Origin: Anthoceros angustus
Taxonomy: Eukaryota; Plantae; Anthocerotophyta
Assembly (NCBI GenBank): GCA_010909165.1
Contig: VJWM01000106.1
Location: 1,006,380 to 1,070,379, forward strand
Length of the DNA stretch: 64,000 nt
Direction of reading: 5' to 3'
Below the pieces are notes generated by a model, which was given only the letters and a program-made list of their open reading frames with translations, was not told the origin of the DNA and did no database searches. Positions 59,950 to 64,000 of the stretch are shown one piece after another. Position 1 is the first letter of the stretch. Each line of letters opens with the position of its first letter. The position numbers and the translations under genes are program-made.

Positions 59950-62900
59950 CCCTCATCGTCCTTGGAGGAAATCGCGGGTGGCTGCACAGTCCGGTCCTCC
60001 TCCGCCGCTCTGCCGGGCCTCTCGTAGACTCTGCCGCCCTCGGGAGTTCCTCCGGCTCACGCGTTCGGTCAGTCCAGCCTTGGGGCGGCTGCTACGGGCC
60101 AGCAAGGGTCCCAGGCGCTATTCCTGCGCACACCACACGTTGGGTCCGTCACCAAGACCTTGATCGGTCTCTCCGGTCTTTGTCGGCTGCTTTCGATGAC
60201 TCAGACTCACGTTACGAAGGCACCCAAGGGGCTGCAAGAAAAGCAGCGGCATCAACACCAAGAAAGATGATTTACTCGAGCAGCCTCGGCCCTCTTATAC
60301 TACGAAGGTCGGCGCCTTTATTACACCTCTATTGAGGGCCTCGGGGTCGCTAATCGGCCGCCTACTATTCTCCCTATTCCTCCTATCTCCGCCCGTCGGT
60401 GGGTGGGATATGCCATTCCGTCTTGTGCCAAAGCGAGCAGGCGCGCAATCGGATGATCCGTAGACCTTCCTCTCCCAGGGTTTGTCGTTGCGCTAGGCGG
60501 CGGCACGACAGCAGCGATCACCACTAAGTCCTCCTCCCCTCCTCTCTTATCTCTGGCGGGCCCTGGCGGGCCCTCAAGGCTGGATCTGCTGGGGTGGTGA
60601 TTCTGGCTCTCCCCACTCCTGAGTGGACCTCGGGACCCCGTCTCGACTCGGTCCAGGACCTCTAGGTCCGGTCTTCCCTCAGGGTCCGGTCCCCATGTCC
60701 GGCCTTCTTTGAGTTCGGACCTCGGGTCCGGACTTGCCTCTGAGGTGTCTTACGGACCCAACCCTTCCACAGGTCGGACCTGGGGTCCGGTCTATCACTA
60801 AGTCTGGATCTCTAAGTCGGACTTCCTTGGGGCGGACTTGAGCAGCCTTTCCTCAGTCCGGACAAAGTGGGACCCGCTCCAGTTACCTCCTCACGGGCTG
60901 ATCACGGGCTCATCCACACAGGCCCTCCCTTGGTTCCCATGCCGGTTCGCCCTTCCACGGCCTCCCAGGTCCTCCTCCCTTCCTTGAGTGGGGGTGAGTG
61001 CTTACCTCCCGGTGTAGTGACCCTTCCTCCATGGCTCCTCCCAGCTCTCTCCCTCGCTGCTACTGCCCGTCATCAAGCAGCGCTCCTAGGGTCCCGTGGG
61101 CTGCTCCCGGGTCCTTCCTCCTCGCTCCTCCTTCCGAGGCCCTTCTGAAGTCCGCCCTCCCACGCCTGGGGTGGCGCGGGACCTCCAGGCCTTGAGGAGC
61201 TCTGCGTGGTAGTAAGTCGGAATCGACTTGTTGATCGCCTCCTCACATGAGCCCGGAGCACCGGTACTCCCTCCTCCGGAGGTGCTCGGCGGTGGGCATG
61301 TTGTCGGCTGCTTGGCCGTCTCCGTGGCCAAGCTTACCAAGCTGGCCGGCGGACTCCCTTGATGCGTCAAGGCGGCCTCCGTCACTTCCTGCGCCGCTGC
61401 TATCGGCGTTCTCCTCCTCCCGTCGTCGTTCCGGCTCGCGGTTTTCGGGCCATGGTGAGCTCCCCTCACTTCCTATGTAGGACGAGCGTGCTTCTCCTCC
61501 GTGCTTTCTTCCCTCCGTTTATCCTTTCGGGAGGTCGCCACTTCCTTCTCCAGGCGGGCGGTATCCCGTCAAACTCACGGCTTCCTCCACCTCCTGCTGC
61601 GGCCTCGCGTCGAACTCCTTGCCGTCGCCTATTCTCCTCCGTCTTCGAAGCCGGAGGCGCCTATCTCCCGTCAAGTCTTGAATTTCCTTGAGAACCCCCC
61701 GCCCGGCCTTGAGTTGGCAGCTACGGCCGTCTCCCTCCACCCGGTTCCGATCCGTCGATAGTGATCCGTCGACCAGCTATGCTTGCCGGTGAGCCTCATT
61801 GAGTCGATGTTGGGCCGGTAGGGCCGCCTCGGCAGTCGCGAGCCCTCTCCGCCTCTGCTGCGCCTCCCTCCTTGTCGGCGAGATCCTCGGCCGTGCTTGG
61901 GCCTCCACATGCCCGGCGCTCACCCGGTGAAAACTTAGTCCGTCTGTCGAATGGACGGACTTCCCTTCGGCCTCCGGCGCTTCCCTCCTCGATGCGGCCG
62001 AGGCTTCCGCCTTCCTCCTCGCCTCTCAGGCGCCTCCATCACTCTGGAGGAGCCATCACGCCTCCTTGTGGCCTCCACCTCCACAGGTCTTCTCGGCCGT
62101 CCAGCGAGACCCCAGGCATCATCCATGTGGCAGTGGCAGGACCGTGTCTCTTCCATTTGCCCCCTTGAGGCCCCAAAGTCCGTTGTGGGCGGGCATCTCT
62201 CGGTCGCCAAGGACCTCCATACTGCAGCCCGAGCGAGTCCGCTGGGCTCTCCGGACCTAATCAGACCCTTAGGTCCCGAAAATCGAGGTCCGAGCCTCAC
62301 CTTCTTGGCCCTCTTGGCCAATTCCTTGTTCGCCTCTTCTCCTCAGGGCTCGGAGGGTGAGGGGTTGAGGTGACCCTCTTGCCTCTCCCGGTCGGAGGCA
62401 GGACCCGGCTCGGGTGGGGCTGCTGCGGTGGCCTCCTCCTTGGGCGGCGTCCCTTTCCGCCTTCTCGCGCCTCTCGGCCTTGCCACTCCGTTGGCGAGGC
62501 AGGCCGTCGAGGTGCTGCGTTGGCGGTGCGTCTTCCGCCTCTTGATCCCGGAGTCCGTCGGGGCTCGGTAGCCGTCGTGGGTTGGCCAGTAGTGGGCCGC
62601 CGACTCCGCCGCCTCCTCTGTCTTTGGCTCGGTGGGCACCGGGGAGGAGGAAGCGGGGATGTCCTCCACACTTCCCTTGGTGGCGAGTCCGCTCCAAGCG
62701 TATGGAGTCACAGGATTCCCTCGATCGTCTTCCTCCCGTCTCTTGCTCGGACGGACGGGCCTCCACTCTGCGCTCTTCCGCCTCCGGTAGGCGGCCCCGG
62801 CCCCGGTCGCGCTCCTCTTCTCCTCCTTGAGGAGGTTCCCACATGAATTAGAACGGCGATAGCCGGCGGAGGCTTCTCACCTCGGCTTGTGACCTCGATT

Positions 62901-63450
62901 GATCTGGCGAAGATGATCCTTCCCGATCGCCCTCCTCTGCGGCATGCGGGAACACCAGATTGTCACCAAGGTGATCTACCTTGGTGAGCATGTTCGATGG
63001 ACAATTATCACCGGCCCTTTCGCCTCACATCTGCATCAACGCCGCCGTTGGTTGTTCGTTGCGTTCAGCTGGGGCGGCCTTTGCCGCCTCTATCTTCCCT
63101 CGGCCTTGAGGGGTTAGGACTCGCCCCAATTTCCTCCTGGCGGTTGTACACCTCGGGACCTCCACGGTCCACCTCCTAGGGTCCTCTCGAAGGCTCTTAG
63201 GGCCGAACCTCCTTGTTGGCCAGCATCTTGGCGTACTCCCGGACTAGGGTATATCAAATGTCGAACGGCTGGAAGCGTCCGGTGCACTCCTCGACCAACT
63301 CCCCGCCTCCTCCGGCCACGGCCGAAGTCGGGATGGCGCCGGGTGACGATGTTGCGCTCCACCAAGCTCCATGGCGCCCACCTCCGCCCGCTTTCTTGGG
63401 TCCCATCTTCCGCTCATACATCCCCTTTGTTGGAGTGTGAGGCTCATCCG
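59950..63450 (-). mobile_element. GC-rich degenerate coding-like region with gtccgg-type repeats (60625-60870), probably retroelement-internal
   Basis: Sharp GC rise; broken charged/coiled-coil-like frames on the - strand; no recognisable domain. Confidence 0.35.
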
Positions 63451-63789
63451 CTCCTTGGCATGGCGTCAACTGTTTCTTCAAGTCGAATGCGCAAAGGGTG
63501 CCTGGGTGATCAAAAGACAACCCCTACTGAAAGGGCACCCCATTATTACGATGTTGCAATTTTTGTTACACTTCCACATTGCAGCAACATGTTTTGGGCT
63601 TGGTATTAAGTTTGTTAGTTCTGTCCCGTTTGGTGACCATCTTAACACGAACACTCTCTCTTCCCACCTCACCCTTCCGGGTACACCCCTCTCTCACAAG
63701 CATTATTAATAATTTCCCACACCGCCCTTATTACGATCGTGTTGCCTTTAGTAATGGAGAAATGTAGGTATTAAGATGATGAGCAATTG

Positions 63790-63990
63790 GAGGAAGACTT
63801 AAATATGGTTTTCATTCATGGAAGACTTAAATTATGAAGTACACCGACCAAGACTTAAGTAATGAAGAAGATATTGATGAAGAATTAAATGATGGAGAAG
63901 ATTGTGACAAAGACTTTAAGTAATGAAGAAGATTTTGAGGAAGACTTTAGTGATTGAAAGAGATTCGGATGAAGACTCAAGTAATTAAGG
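63790..63990. repeat. Degenerate AT-rich repeats (gaagactt / aagtaatgaagaagat)
   Basis: Directly visible. Confidence 0.6.
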
Positions 63991-64000
63991 AGACACTCAC

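Overview
Eukaryotic DNA, most likely from a land plant (intronless plant-type GT92/DUF23 glycosyltransferase gene; Ty1/copia elements primed by tRNA-iMet). The sequence looks like an incompletely polished long-read assembly, with many 1-bp losses in homopolymers. The main feature is a ~51-kb cluster (7.2-58.0 kb) of intronless genes and pseudogenes built on a coiled-coil / Ser-rich linker / VWA (MIDAS) / alpha-kinase (eEF2K/MHCK-type atypical kinase) architecture. It holds one near-intact full-length gene (type A, 50107-51974, -), three copies of a divergent kinase-only paralog (type B, one head-to-head with A), three MIDAS-deleted copies (A'), four kinase-less VWA relics (C), one nonsense-mutated copy (D) and two 5' stubs. 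The cluster is arranged as an inverted duplication repeated in tandem (units ~8.9-26.35 kb and ~26.35-41.18 kb). Each unit carries a captured 3' fragment of the neighbouring GT92 gene and a CRE-like non-LTR RT fragment with a 60-bp minisatellite. Two copia families are inserted with clear 5-bp TSDs, and their empty sites are visible in paralogous copies. The last 5 kb look like the 5' part of a third LTR element. Assembly artefacts cannot be excluded for several structural details.
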